Shown here in pieces: positions 1 to 8,989 of a stretch of 32,023 bases of DNA. The DNA is from a virus (taxonomy: Duplodnaviria > Caudoviricetes). The stretch is taken from positions 1 through 32,023 of the IMG/VR virus record IMGVR_UViG_3300033489_000041. One strand, 5' to 3'. The stretch's first letter is position 1. Each line of letters starts with the position of its first letter. Under the pieces are notes generated by a model. The model did no database searches, had not been told where the DNA came from, and worked only from the letters and a program-made list of their open reading frames with translations. The translations under genes were made by a program, and so were the position numbers.

Positions 1-1
1 C

Positions 2-631
2 CGCAAGCGCTCCGAGTCGGACGCCCTCAAGCAGGCGTTCAATCTGCCTTTCGCTGTCGACGTCGAGCGGGGAGGCGACGAGTTAGCCCAAGCAGGAGAT
101 GTCATCGATGGAGAGATTGTCCGTAATAGCGACAAGTCAACCGGCAAGCCTTCTCAACTTGCTGAGGTAGTCGAGACAGAAGTGGTCGAAGAGGTTGAGG
201 AGATCCCGGTCGAGCCCGAGATGACCCAGGAGCCTACTCCGGAGCCCGCTCCCGAGCCGCCCGCAACCAAGCAGAAGCCGGTTGTCAGCTCCCAGGTTGC
301 CCCCGTCGTTGGTGGCAAGTTGCCAGTCCCTCAGCCCCCCAAGGCCGCCCAGAAGCCCAAGGTGAATCCGGAGGGCAAGAAGGCGGAGAAGCCCACAGGG
401 CCCATCAAGGACACCGGTGAGGATATCGACCTGCTGGCCCTGAAGCGCTGCAAACCGGACACCTGGGTGATCGCTGCCGAGATGCTCAACAAGGAGCTGA
501 AAGTTCATTTTACAGCCGGGCAGCTGCGAGAGGCTGTCGATAAGAAGACCGGGGCATTGTTCACCCCGATGAGCCCCAGCGCATGGCAGACGGCCGTCGA
601 GGTGGCGCAGGAAGCATCCAAGAGCAAGTAA
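2..631 (+). CDS. 5'-truncated phage single-strand annealing protein (RecT/Bet-like), C-terminal part
   Basis: The frame is open from nt 2 (RKRSESDALKQAFNLPF...), resembling the KxAExxALRxAF motif that closes the RecT/Bet domain. An acidic, Pro-rich linker follows. It lies upstream of the replication genes. Confidence 0.6.
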   Translation, partial: RKRSESDALKQAFNLPFAVDVERGGDELAQAGDVIDGEIVRNSDKSTGKPSQLAEVVETEVVEEVEEIPVEPEMTQEPTPEPAPEPPATKQKPVVSSQVAPVVGGKLPVPQPPKAAQKPKVNPEGKKAEKPTGPIKDTGEDIDLLALKRCKPDTWVIAAEMLNKELKVHFTAGQLREAVDKKTGALFTPMSPSAWQTAVEVAQEASKSK

Positions 632-650
632 TCTATCGTCACTGACAATC

Positions 651-680
651 GGAGGGGGGGGCAGCCAGATCGCCCCCTCC
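651..680 (+). other. GC-rich intergenic stem-loop
   Basis: GGAGGGGG...CCCCCTCC inverted repeat, without a U-tract. Confidence 0.45.
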
Positions 681-694
681 GCGAGGATCACATC

Positions 695-976
695 ATGGAA
701 CTCAAGAATTTGTTTGGCGGCCGCCGAGAATCGCAACCGGTGACCGGTTATCGCTTTGGCGACTTTACGCCAGAGGAACTGAGACTGATCGGAATGTCTT
801 TGCTGGAACGGATCAAGATCGAGACGCGGGAGATCGAGCGTCTTTCAATTGGCGTGTGCCGAAACCTGGCTATGAGCCGCAAGGAGATGCTCTCGCGTCT
901 CTACAACGAATGCGAAGCCGCTCACCGGCAGGCTGTCATCGACGAAGAGAACAACGAAGAGGGGTGGTGGAGATGA
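695..976 (+). CDS. hypothetical protein
   Basis: GAGG RBS. Its stop overlaps the next start (ATGA). Confidence 0.7.
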   Translation: MELKNLFGGRRESQPVTGYRFGDFTPEELRLIGMSLLERIKIETREIERLSIGVCRNLAMSRKEMLSRLYNECEAAHRQAVIDEENNEEGWWR

Positions 977-1752
977 GCAACAAGGAGCAGGACAGAGTCT
1001 GGGAGCACTCTAAACAGAAGGGCGCTGACCTGGTCGTGATGTTGGCGTTAGCCAACAGGGCCAACGATAGCGGTATATGCTGGCCTAGTCAGGACGAACT
1101 TGCAGCCAGAGCCAGGGTAAACAGGCGAACAGCGCAGCGTATTGTCGACCGACTCATCGCCAGCGGTGAGATTGCCGTCTTGGATCGCCCCGGAAAATCC
1201 TACATCTACGCCATCCTGGTTGGGGTGTCGGAAGACGAAAAGCGCCGCCGGATCGAACTGGCGAAAACTAAGCAAAATGTCACGGGTGACAAAATGTCAC
1301 GGGTGACAAATCGTCACCCCAAACACGCAAAATTGCCACCCCCGGGTGCGCAAATTCCCGTGCAAATCGGGCAACCGGTTGTGCACTCTCGTGCACAAAA
1401 TTGCACACGAACCACCATTGAACCATCAGTTGAACCACCACTAAGCAGTGGTAGTGTGCCCGTCCTCCAAGAAAACATATTCACCGTCTACGAAAACTGC
1501 ATTGGCCTGATTTCGCCATTTGTCAAAGAGCGTCTTGAAGACCTGGCTAAGGACTACACAGACGACTGGGTGATGTTGGCCACCAAGGAGGCGGCTAACA
1601 ACAACATCCGTAAGCTGTCTTACATCGAGGGTACGCTGAAGAACTGTAAGAACGATGGCCGTGCTCCAGGGCAATCGCGTTCGTCCGCGAACGGCGGCAG
1701 TCGCCAGCAAGCCCCGGTCCGTCGATATCTCACGGGCAGGAAAGTGGCATGA
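973..1752 (+). CDS. phage replication initiator (N-terminal HTH, C-terminal DnaD-like domain)
   Basis: LALANRANDSGICWPSQDELAARARVNRRTAQR is a winged HTH of the HTH_36 type. IFTVYENCIG...WVMLATKEAANNNIRKLSYIEGTLKN is DnaD-like. The ATG at 973 overlaps the upstream stop, so it is preferred to 856. Confidence 0.85.
   Translation: MSNKEQDRVWEHSKQKGADLVVMLALANRANDSGICWPSQDELAARARVNRRTAQRIVDRLIASGEIAVLDRPGKSYIYAILVGVSEDEKRRRIELAKTKQNVTGDKMSRVTNRHPKHAKLPPPGAQIPVQIGQPVVHSRAQNCTRTTIEPSVEPPLSSGSVPVLQENIFTVYENCIGLISPFVKERLEDLAKDYTDDWVMLATKEAANNNIRKLSYIEGTLKNCKNDGRAPGQSRSSANGGSRQQAPVRRYLTGRKVA
1273..1410. repeat. iteron-like repeats, putative replication origin inside the initiator gene
   Basis: CAAAATGTCACGGGTGA occurs in tandem at 1273-1289 and 1290-1306. 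Degenerate copies follow (CAAATCGTCACCC, CAAAATTGCCACCC, GTGCACAAAATTGCAC). This is the lambda O-like position. Confidence 0.7.
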
Positions 1753-3251
1753 AATCGCGCAAAAAGGTCGAGCTGCGCAGCGATCAGCTGCTGCCCCACA
1801 GCGTGGAGGCCGAGGAGGCCGTGCTGGGCTCAATACTGGTCAACCCTGATTGTCTGGATGAGGTTTTGCAGCATATGTCTCCGGGGGACTGCTTTATCGT
1901 TCGTCACGAGTGGATCATGGAAGCCATGCTCAGCCTGGTGGAGCAGGGTATCGGTATAGATCACCTGACAGTTAGCCAGGAGCTTGAGTCGCGTGGTAAG
2001 TTAGCTGATACCGGTGGGTTTGTATACCTCGTTGCGCTCATCAACAAAACACCCAGCTCGCTGAATGCCGGCGGCTACGCCAAGCTCGTTTCTCGGATGG
2101 CCTATCGCCGGAACCTGATTTATGCCTGCCAGGACATCGCCCGGCTGGCACACTCTGACGAGACCGACATCTCCGAGATCCACGATCGCGCTACCGAGCG
2201 GTTCAACCGGGTTGGCGGTAGAGCTATCCTGACCTATCACTCCGCTCGCGCCCTCTTCGGCGGCTTTGTCGACGTGATGATACAGCGGGCACGAGATGCC
2301 CAGAACGGCAGGCCTCATGTAGGATTGTCGACAGACATACCAGAATGGGATGTCATTTTTGATGGCGACTTTGGTCCCGGAGCCTACTCTATTGTCTTTG
2401 GCCCCACCGGCATCGGGAAATCGTTTGCACTGGTGCAGATGGCCCTTGCGGCCGCGAAGCAAGGCATGCCAGTAGTCTACATCACGCTTGAGAACCTGGA
2501 CGACAGCATCAGAGATCGCATGGTGGCAGTCGAGAGCGGTGTACCACTCACGGTTATCCGTACCGCGATGTGGAACGGCAAGCCAATACCGAGCGATATG
2601 CTGACCCGAACCCTGGAAATCTCGGCTAGTATGGACCATCTACCGCTGGAGGTTGTCAGTCACCTCAACACCTCGCAGGAGATCGGCGACCACTTGAAAG
2701 CAGCGACTATCCGCCACGGCCGGCCGGGGATCTGCTTCGTTGACACCCTGAACGAGCTGGCCGACGCAGCCAAGAAGGACTCTCGCTACGAGAACCTGAC
2801 TAAAGCCTCGGCGCTCATGCTGCAAATCATGCGCAGAACCGGGTGGGGCATTGTGTCGGCTGCCCAGATGGGGCTCAAATTGGACGCTGGTATGAGCTGG
2901 GATACCGCCAAGGATGCAGCCTTCCCAACCAAGCACAGCTTGGAGGGCGCCAGGACGATCGTTCAGCACGTGGCCAACCTGATTGGCGTTTACAGCTCAG
3001 ACTACATCGCCAAGGAAATCCACGACGACAACTACTTCGATGACGAGTGCCCTCGCGGTCAGGTACTGTTCGTAAAAGTCAAAGGTCGCGACACCCGTCC
3101 AGATCTCGATGGGTTGGTAAGGTGGCATCCAGGTATACCGCGGTTCGAGAGCAAGAGCACGCCGCCCGCAGGCGCTATGGTTGCCAGAGCTGGCGGGTTG
3201 GTGCCTCAGTGGTCGCGGGATGATGACCTGATCGACATGGAGGTGGGCTGA
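1749..3251 (+). CDS. dnaB: replicative DNA helicase DnaB-like
   Basis: N-terminal LPHSVEAEEAVLGSIL, Walker A GPTGIGKS, YITLE, Walker B ICFVD, and SAAQ. Confidence 0.93.
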   Translation: MKSRKKVELRSDQLLPHSVEAEEAVLGSILVNPDCLDEVLQHMSPGDCFIVRHEWIMEAMLSLVEQGIGIDHLTVSQELESRGKLADTGGFVYLVALINKTPSSLNAGGYAKLVSRMAYRRNLIYACQDIARLAHSDETDISEIHDRATERFNRVGGRAILTYHSARALFGGFVDVMIQRARDAQNGRPHVGLSTDIPEWDVIFDGDFGPGAYSIVFGPTGIGKSFALVQMALAAAKQGMPVVYITLENLDDSIRDRMVAVESGVPLTVIRTAMWNGKPIPSDMLTRTLEISASMDHLPLEVVSHLNTSQEIGDHLKAATIRHGRPGICFVDTLNELADAAKKDSRYENLTKASALMLQIMRRTGWGIVSAAQMGLKLDAGMSWDTAKDAAFPTKHSLEGARTIVQHVANLIGVYSSDYIAKEIHDDNYFDDECPRGQVLFVKVKGRDTRPDLDGLVRWHPGIPRFESKSTPPAGAMVARAGGLVPQWSRDDDLIDMEVG

Positions 3252-3487
3252 TGAACGACAGCGAACTCCGGATCGCCATCGAGCGTTCGCGTCAGCGCAT
3301 CGTCGATAAGCTTGGCTTCGATCCTCGCGGCTGCGGCGAGTGTCCCAATCAAGCCTATTGCCACAAACACGAGCGGGACCTGGCGACCCTGCCCTGCGAG
3401 CTGTCAGATCTGGAGGCCGGCGTAGACTGGGCCAGGCCAGACGCCAAGGTGATCGGCAACAAGCTGATCCGAAAGGAAGCGGCGTGA
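3251..3487 (+). CDS. hypothetical protein, Cys/His cluster
   Basis: Translationally coupled; CGECP-x4-C-x-K-H...C motif. Confidence 0.65.
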   Translation: MNDSELRIAIERSRQRIVDKLGFDPRGCGECPNQAYCHKHERDLATLPCELSDLEAGVDWARPDAKVIGNKLIRKEAA

Positions 3488-3735
3488 TGAATAAATCAAA
3501 CGAGACAGCCTGGCACATGATGGCCCATCAACTTCGAATTGTGGAGAACGCTCCCTCTGGAGAGCCACGTCTGGGCGCCACCTGTCCATGCTGCCACAAG
3601 TACCACAGGCTGTCCAGGGACTACCCGGGTATCGAATGGACGACCTATCAATCGTATTATTGCTGTGGTGCTGAGCATGCATTCTCGGTACGGTATGACC
3701 CGGCCGGCGATCTGAACGTTCGGAGGATAGAGTGA
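3487..3735 (+). CDS. hypothetical protein, putative Zn ribbon
   Basis: ATG overlaps the previous TGA; CPCC...YYCCG. Confidence 0.65.
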   Translation: MNKSNETAWHMMAHQLRIVENAPSGEPRLGATCPCCHKYHRLSRDYPGIEWTTYQSYYCCGAEHAFSVRYDPAGDLNVRRIE

Positions 3736-4166
3736 TGGCATTTCATGTACCAGAAAAGTTTAGGCTACTCGGGAATGGCCCCCTGTGCTCCGACTCGTCC
3801 TACGGCAACAACGGCGCCTTCATGATCCCCTATGGCATCTCCAGGGTAACGATGAAGTGTGTAGCTTCAGACGGTCTCGGGTGGGAGCATGTTTCGGTTT
3901 CCCTGGTGAAGCGCTGCCCCAGCTGGGAAGAGATGTGCTTCATCAAGGGGTTGTTCTGGGATGACGACGACCTGGTCGTCCAGTACCATCCCCCGAAGTC
4001 GGAGTATGTCAATAACCACCCGTTCTGCTTGCATCTGTGGCGGCAGACCGACGTAGAGATGCCAATGCCGTCATCGCTTCTGGTTGGGTACAAGGGCCTC
4101 GATCCGGACGACACGAAGACAATACGCCTGGCCGTATCCAGGTTTGGGAGAATGATGAAAGGATGA
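3732..4166 (+). CDS. conserved phage protein of unknown function
   Basis: GWEHVSVS-x3-RCPSWEEMCFIKxLFW...YHPPKSEYVNNHPFCLHLWR is a motif set familiar from many phage early regions. Confidence 0.8.
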   Translation: MMAFHVPEKFRLLGNGPLCSDSSYGNNGAFMIPYGISRVTMKCVASDGLGWEHVSVSLVKRCPSWEEMCFIKGLFWDDDDLVVQYHPPKSEYVNNHPFCLHLWRQTDVEMPMPSSLLVGYKGLDPDDTKTIRLAVSRFGRMMKG

Positions 4167-4170
4167 GCTG

Positions 4171-5013
4171 ATGGGCAAGAATAGTGCAATAGCTTGGACA
4201 GATCATACATTCAATCCCTGGTGGGGCTGCCAAAAGGTTAGCACGGGATGCAAGAATTGCTATGCGGAAGCGTTTGCCGTAGGCCGCCAGGGATTGGATA
4301 TCTGGGGGCCGGCAGCAACCACCAAGCGGCGCGTGTTCGGGAATGAGCACTTTGAAGAGCTGCTTACCTGGAACCGGGCAGCTGAGAAGGCCGGCAGAAT
4401 CGAGAGTGTATTCGTCGCCTCGATGGCTGATGTCTTCGAGGATCACCCGATGGTCGAGCCGGAGCGAGAAGTGCTGTGGACTACGATGGAGTTTTGCTCC
4501 AGTCTGCGCTTCCTCCTGTTGACCAAGAGGCCGGAGAACATCACGCCAATGCTGCCTAATCGGTGGTGGTTCGATAAACCTCCGCGCCTATGGTTTGGAA
4601 TATCGGCTGAAAATCAGGACATGCTAGACGCCAGGTGGGGAGCGCTCGAGGGACAGACACGACACTTGGCCGACGGCCTCTTCTTGTCTCTCGAGCCCCT
4701 TCCGGGCAACATCGATCTGGAGCATTGCCTGGAATGGACAGAGAATTCCGAGCACAAGCAGAAGTGGGGGCGCGGCGCGGACTGGGTGATCGTTGGCGGC
4801 GAATCGGGATTCAATGCAAGGCCGATGAACTTGGGTTGGGCTCGCGCCATTCGAGATCAATGCGTCGACAACGAGATCCCGTTCTTTTTTAAGCAAGTCG
4901 GCGGGAAAGACAAAGAGAAGGGCGGTGACGTACTCGATGGGCAGGTATGGCATCAGTTTCCTTGGAAGATCACCGATCCGCAGGATGCGACGGTGCAGCT
5001 GGAGATGTTCTAA
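4171..5013 (+). CDS. phage Gp37/Gp68 (DUF5131) radical-SAM-like protein
   Basis: SAIAWTDHTFNPWWGCQKVSTGCKNCYAE, FVASMADVFE, LLTKRPEN, WVIVGGESG, PFFFKQ. Confidence 0.9.
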   Translation: MGKNSAIAWTDHTFNPWWGCQKVSTGCKNCYAEAFAVGRQGLDIWGPAATTKRRVFGNEHFEELLTWNRAAEKAGRIESVFVASMADVFEDHPMVEPEREVLWTTMEFCSSLRFLLLTKRPENITPMLPNRWWFDKPPRLWFGISAENQDMLDARWGALEGQTRHLADGLFLSLEPLPGNIDLEHCLEWTENSEHKQKWGRGADWVIVGGESGFNARPMNLGWARAIRDQCVDNEIPFFFKQVGGKDKEKGGDVLDGQVWHQFPWKITDPQDATVQLEMF

Positions 5014-5261
5014 TGGACGAAGCAAGAAGAGCGTGGGGCGCCCTCGAGGAGGCAGCCGCCTGGGTAGTCTATGAGGGCACCAAGGATATGATGCCGCCGG
5101 CAGACGTCGAAAGCGAGGAGTACGAGCGCCAGATCCGGAAGCAGCACCAACGCGAGGCTCAGCAGGAGATCCGCGCCAGGCGCCGAACATTGTGCCCACG
5201 GAAAGCAGTGATCGTATTTCATCGCCGGCTGCTGCCAGGAAAGAGTGGCGGCCGGAAATAA
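5013..5261 (+). CDS. hypothetical protein
   Basis: ATG overlaps the previous TAA and has a GGAG RBS (MDEARRAW...). Confidence 0.55.
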   Translation: MDEARRAWGALEEAAAWVVYEGTKDMMPPADVESEEYERQIRKQHQREAQQEIRARRRTLCPRKAVIVFHRRLLPGKSGGRK

Positions 5262-5287
5262 CATAGCAAGGAGAGAAAATAGACATC

Positions 5288-6001
5288 ATGCGTAAGTTTC
5301 TGGAAGGGTTAACAGAGGTCCTGACCTGGTTGCTTTTCGCCATAGCCACCTTCCTGCTGGCCAGGCAGACCTATTTCGCTCTTATTGGCCAGCTGCCTGA
5401 CTATAGCAGCTCAGAGGGCGCTCTGATCGTTGCTGGGATCGTCACCTTGACCTGGCTGGCCATGCTGGGGCGGATCGTGCTCCACCTGGACAAGACTATG
5501 GTCGACTGGCTCATATCGCTGTCGCTGCTGATTTCCGGCATTGCTGTTGACGTGGCCGTAGCGCTCTCGTTCGTGTTCGAGTGGCAGTTCCCCACGCACC
5601 TGGCGCTGCTAGTGATCGTAGCGCACGTGGTAGCGCACGTGGTGCAGTGGGTGGTCATCTCCGGGCAGCAAGCGGCAGGCAGGTTCAGCGGCTCTTACAA
5701 GTCTCCGGAGCAATTGTTAGCAGAGGCTGAGCTTCAGAATGTAGAGCTGGAGCTGAGGTCGAGCACTGCTCAAGCACAGCTCGACCACTTGCAGGCAGAG
5801 CTAGACCAGATGAAAGCAGAGCGCGAGCGCACCTATGAAACCGCCTGTGATGTACCAGGCTGCGGCTGGCAAAGCGACCCGAAGACCAGTCGCAAGTCGG
5901 CAGAGTACGCGCTGAGGGCTCACCAGGGGAGAGCGCACGGGAGCAGTGGTAGAATAGGGGATAATCATAGAGGGAGCAGAGAAAGGGAGCGAGAGATATG
6001 A
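5288..6001 (+). CDS. membrane protein (~4 TM) with coiled coil and C-terminal C2H2-like zinc finger
   Basis: Four hydrophobic segments, a heptad-rich stretch LLAEAELQ...LDQMKAE, and CDVPGC...ALRAHQGRAH. Confidence 0.75.
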   Translation: MRKFLEGLTEVLTWLLFAIATFLLARQTYFALIGQLPDYSSSEGALIVAGIVTLTWLAMLGRIVLHLDKTMVDWLISLSLLISGIAVDVAVALSFVFEWQFPTHLALLVIVAHVVAHVVQWVVISGQQAAGRFSGSYKSPEQLLAEAELQNVELELRSSTAQAQLDHLQAELDQMKAERERTYETACDVPGCGWQSDPKTSRKSAEYALRAHQGRAHGSSGRIGDNHRGSREREREI

Positions 6002-6567
6002 TGGCAGCAGATATCACAGAAAACAAAGACGCCATCCCTGTTCAGTTTATCTGGAAGGATGTAGTTTCTTGTCCTTGCTGCAAAGAGGATGTGCCTAATG
6101 TAGAGTTGGTTGATCGGCTAGATGTCGATCTGGGCCAATTGGAAGAGCGCATTGCTTACATAAAATCACTCGTCTCTGCATCTGAGCCAGAGATGCCGTT
6201 GGACAGAGTTGATTTGATGGCATCCATTATTGCAATCATTGCCGCATATCACAATGGCCTACCAGGGCAGATCAAGGAGATCGAAGAGAAGTATGCGCAA
6301 CTGTCCCTTCCGATTGGCTATGTGTATTTCATCCAAGGCGTGAATGGTGGCCCTATCAAAATAGGCTATTCCCTAAATCCGGAGCGGCGGGCGCGCGATC
6401 TCGAAACAGCAGATCGGCTAATTGTTTTGGCGTGCTTCCCTGGTGACAGATATACCGAGCACAAGCTACATCATAGGTTTTCTGGGTTGAGGTTGAACGG
6501 GGAGTGGTTTAGGCCGGGGTCGGAATTACTTGAGTTTATAGAAGAGGTGAAGGCCAACAATGGTTGA
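5998..6567 (+). CDS. GIY-YIG-like nuclease (T5orf172/MUG113 domain)
   Basis: GYVYFIQ...IKIGYSLNPERRARDL...EHKLHHRF...LNGEWF. Confidence 0.85.
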   Translation: MMAADITENKDAIPVQFIWKDVVSCPCCKEDVPNVELVDRLDVDLGQLEERIAYIKSLVSASEPEMPLDRVDLMASIIAIIAAYHNGLPGQIKEIEEKYAQLSLPIGYVYFIQGVNGGPIKIGYSLNPERRARDLETADRLIVLACFPGDRYTEHKLHHRFSGLRLNGEWFRPGSELLEFIEEVKANNG

Positions 6568-6892
6568 TCTATCCATCATCCTGACCGATATCCGCCTGGA
6601 GATCGACCATCTGGTCGAAGCGGGCGTCTCCCAAGATGAAGCCGAGCGCCAAGCCGTCGTCGCCGTGATGGCGCGTGCGTCTTATGCTCAGACGGCCACC
6701 CCGCACGAAACCAGGCTGCTCGCTATAATCGATCGCGTGGCATCAGAGACCCGCCGGCCGGTGGCGACCAACCGGATTTGCAGCGAAACCGGTATGGACT
6801 ACTTTGCTGCATACTATCATCTCCGAAACCTGGAGAAGCGCGGGTTACTCCTCCGCCCAGCTGGCCCACGGTCCGGGTGGAAGGTGGCATAG
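6560..6892 (+). CDS. winged-HTH DNA-binding protein, candidate late regulator
   Basis: TPHETRLLAII...PVATNRICSETG...YYHLRNLEKRGLL. It is the last gene before the packaging module. Confidence 0.7.
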   Translation: MVDLSIILTDIRLEIDHLVEAGVSQDEAERQAVVAVMARASYAQTATPHETRLLAIIDRVASETRRPVATNRICSETGMDYFAAYYHLRNLEKRGLLLRPAGPRSGWKVA

Positions 6893-6941
6893 CTTCCAGT
6901 TACCTAAGTTAGAAAAAACAACCTCAAGTTAGTTGACTGAG

Positions 6942-6978
6942 GACCTGCTATCGTTTAGTCAGATAAGGCAGGTCTTTT
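6942..6978 (+). terminator. putative intrinsic terminator between early and late genes
   Basis: GACCTGC-TATC...GATA-AG-GCAGGTC hairpin followed by TTTT. Confidence 0.5.
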
Positions 6979-7024
6979 GGCTTTTCGTCACGGTGAAGCT
7001 ATAAGGTATAGGGTTGCGATGTAA

Positions 7025-7378
7025 ATGGAACCAAAACCGACCAAAGAATGGTCGCCAGAACAGGCTGAATTCATGCTCTGGTTGGCAATGCCAAAGCGGG
7101 CACGCAGTTTCAAGACACAGCAGCAGCTCGCGGCCCACATCGGCGTGCATGAATCAACCTTATCCGACTGGAAACGCATAGAAGGGTTTATGGCCGAGGT
7201 CAAAGCGATCTCGGTTTCTTTGGTTGATCACGATGTGCCGGACATCATCCACAAGATAGTCTCGCAGGCCAAGGGTGGAAGCCTGGCACATCAGCAGATG
7301 ATCCTGGAGATGGCCGGGGTGTATGTGCAGAAGCAGCGCATTGAGTTGACGCAGCCGTTATTGCTCCTTGACAAATGA
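7025..7378 (+). CDS. terminase small subunit (phBC6A51-like HTH)
   Basis: HTH TQQQLAAHIGVHESTLSDWKR; overlaps the TerL start. Confidence 0.75.
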   Translation: MEPKPTKEWSPEQAEFMLWLAMPKRARSFKTQQQLAAHIGVHESTLSDWKRIEGFMAEVKAISVSLVDHDVPDIIHKIVSQAKGGSLAHQQMILEMAGVYVQKQRIELTQPLLLLDK

Positions 7379-8691
7379 GTGCTTTGGCCCGCGATCAGGT
7401 GAATTTCAGCGAGCTATGCAGTTTCCACCCCAAGCAGTGGGAAGCTGCCGAAGCCGTCGCTGCACACAAGTACACGCTCTTTGGCGGGGCTCGTGGGCCG
7501 GGTAAGTCTTACTGGCTGCGCTGGATGCTCCTCCGGCTGCTGCTCGGATGGTCGATGGAGGGACACACCAACGTCAAGGTGATGCTCTCGACCATCGACT
7601 ACCCGATGCTGGAGGACCGGCAGATTAGCAAGATCGACACTGAGTTCCCGGACTGGCTCGGAACGCTCAAGGACACCAAAGAGAACGGCCTGGGCTTCTA
7701 CCTTCACCCCGCTTACGGCAGCGGAATACTGGCGCTCAGGAACCTGGACAATCCATCGAAGTACAAGGGCAGTGAATGGGCTGCCATAGCAATCGACGAA
7801 GTGACGGAGAACCCATTCAGAACCTTTAACAACCTGAGAGGCTCGCTGCGCTGGCCTGGCATAGCACGGACCAAGTTCCTGGGCGGCACGAACCCGGACG
7901 GCAGATATAACCACTGGGTACGGCAGCTCTGGGTAGTGCGTGATTTTACGGAAGAGTTTGAGCGCCTGGCGCCACTCAAGGACGAATTCGTCTTTGTGCG
8001 TGGTCTTCCCTACGATAACCCGGCTCTGACCGAGGATTACTGGAATGACCTGCTGACCCAGCCGGAGCACATCAAGCGGGCCTGGGTCGACGGCGACTGG
8101 TTCGGCGGGGTCGAGGGCCTGGTCTACGGCGAGTTCGGCGCCGAGAACATCGGCGAGTACCAGCCGGATCCCGAGCTGCCGGTCGAGATTGCCTTCGATG
8201 ATGGCTATGTAGACCCACGCGCGATTCTGTTTATCCAGCGCACCGGCTCGAAGATATACGTCTTCGATGAGATTTATGAGAGCAGGCGCCTGGCAGAAGA
8301 GCATGTCCAGGCCGTCATCGACCGGATGGCTGAGTGGTTCGGCTGGGCAGACGACGACCACACCAGGCCGAACAAGCTGCCGGAGATAGCGGTCGGTTCT
8401 CCTGAGGCGGTCGAGTTACACAAACACTTTCAGAAACGGGACATCGTTGCCCGCTTCGCAGTGCATAAGGTGGTCGAGGGCATCAAGGTTGTGCGCCGTC
8501 ACATCCTGGACGGCAAGAAATACAGGGCCCTGCAAGTGTCACCGCTCTGCAAACACTTTATCGAGGAATTGACGATTGGCTACCAGTATCCGCCAGAGGG
8601 AACAAAACGAGACGACGAGAAGCCGCTCGATGGCAATGACCATGCGTGTGATGCTTTCAGGTACTGGACATGGTTGAGGGCGCGGAGATGA
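7375..8691 (+). CDS. terL: terminase large subunit
   Basis: Walker A GGARGPGKS, Walker B IAIDE, GTNP, nuclease AFDDGYVDP, C-terminal NDHACDAFRY. Confidence 0.95.
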   Translation: MSALARDQVNFSELCSFHPKQWEAAEAVAAHKYTLFGGARGPGKSYWLRWMLLRLLLGWSMEGHTNVKVMLSTIDYPMLEDRQISKIDTEFPDWLGTLKDTKENGLGFYLHPAYGSGILALRNLDNPSKYKGSEWAAIAIDEVTENPFRTFNNLRGSLRWPGIARTKFLGGTNPDGRYNHWVRQLWVVRDFTEEFERLAPLKDEFVFVRGLPYDNPALTEDYWNDLLTQPEHIKRAWVDGDWFGGVEGLVYGEFGAENIGEYQPDPELPVEIAFDDGYVDPRAILFIQRTGSKIYVFDEIYESRRLAEEHVQAVIDRMAEWFGWADDDHTRPNKLPEIAVGSPEAVELHKHFQKRDIVARFAVHKVVEGIKVVRRHILDGKKYRALQVSPLCKHFIEELTIGYQYPPEGTKRDDEKPLDGNDHACDAFRYWTWLRARR

Positions 8692-8703
8692 TTAGGAGAC
8701 AGC

Positions 8704-8982
8704 GTGAGCACACTGACTGAAAATAAATACTGCGGCTACTGTGGAGGCGAAATAGTCCTTGTGCACGATTGGCGTCCGTCAGGCTATTCTGCCCACTCCG
8801 GCAAGGTAAACCGCTATGAGCGCAGATGGAGATGCGTGAATCACCAAGTCAATGTGTGGTGGCGGAGATTTTTAGGATTACATGCTCGTTCTCTTCATGA
8901 TGAGTTTGTTGATTTTCATCATGAGCACGAAGACGGAATAACACCGCAGCCGGATTGCAGATTGTATGCTGAGTATCGCTGA
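8704..8982 (+). CDS. hypothetical protein, possible Zn-binding, moron-like
   Basis: AGGAG RBS and GTG start; YCGYCGG...WRC; visibly more AT-rich than its flanks. Confidence 0.6.
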   Translation: MSTLTENKYCGYCGGEIVLVHDWRPSGYSAHSGKVNRYERRWRCVNHQVNVWWRRFLGLHARSLHDEFVDFHHEHEDGITPQPDCRLYAEYR

Positions 8983-8989
8983 GGTGGCG

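Noticed and set aside
5618-5643. 12-bp tandem repeat GTAGCGCACGTG
   Set aside because: In-frame micro-duplication (VAHV twice) within a TM segment; no further signal.
7414-8361. 315-aa minus-strand ORF
   Set aside because: Antisense shadow of terL caused by GC-rich codon bias; no motifs.
1749-8691. Inteins or introns in DnaB or TerL
   Set aside because: Lengths are normal and motifs are contiguous.
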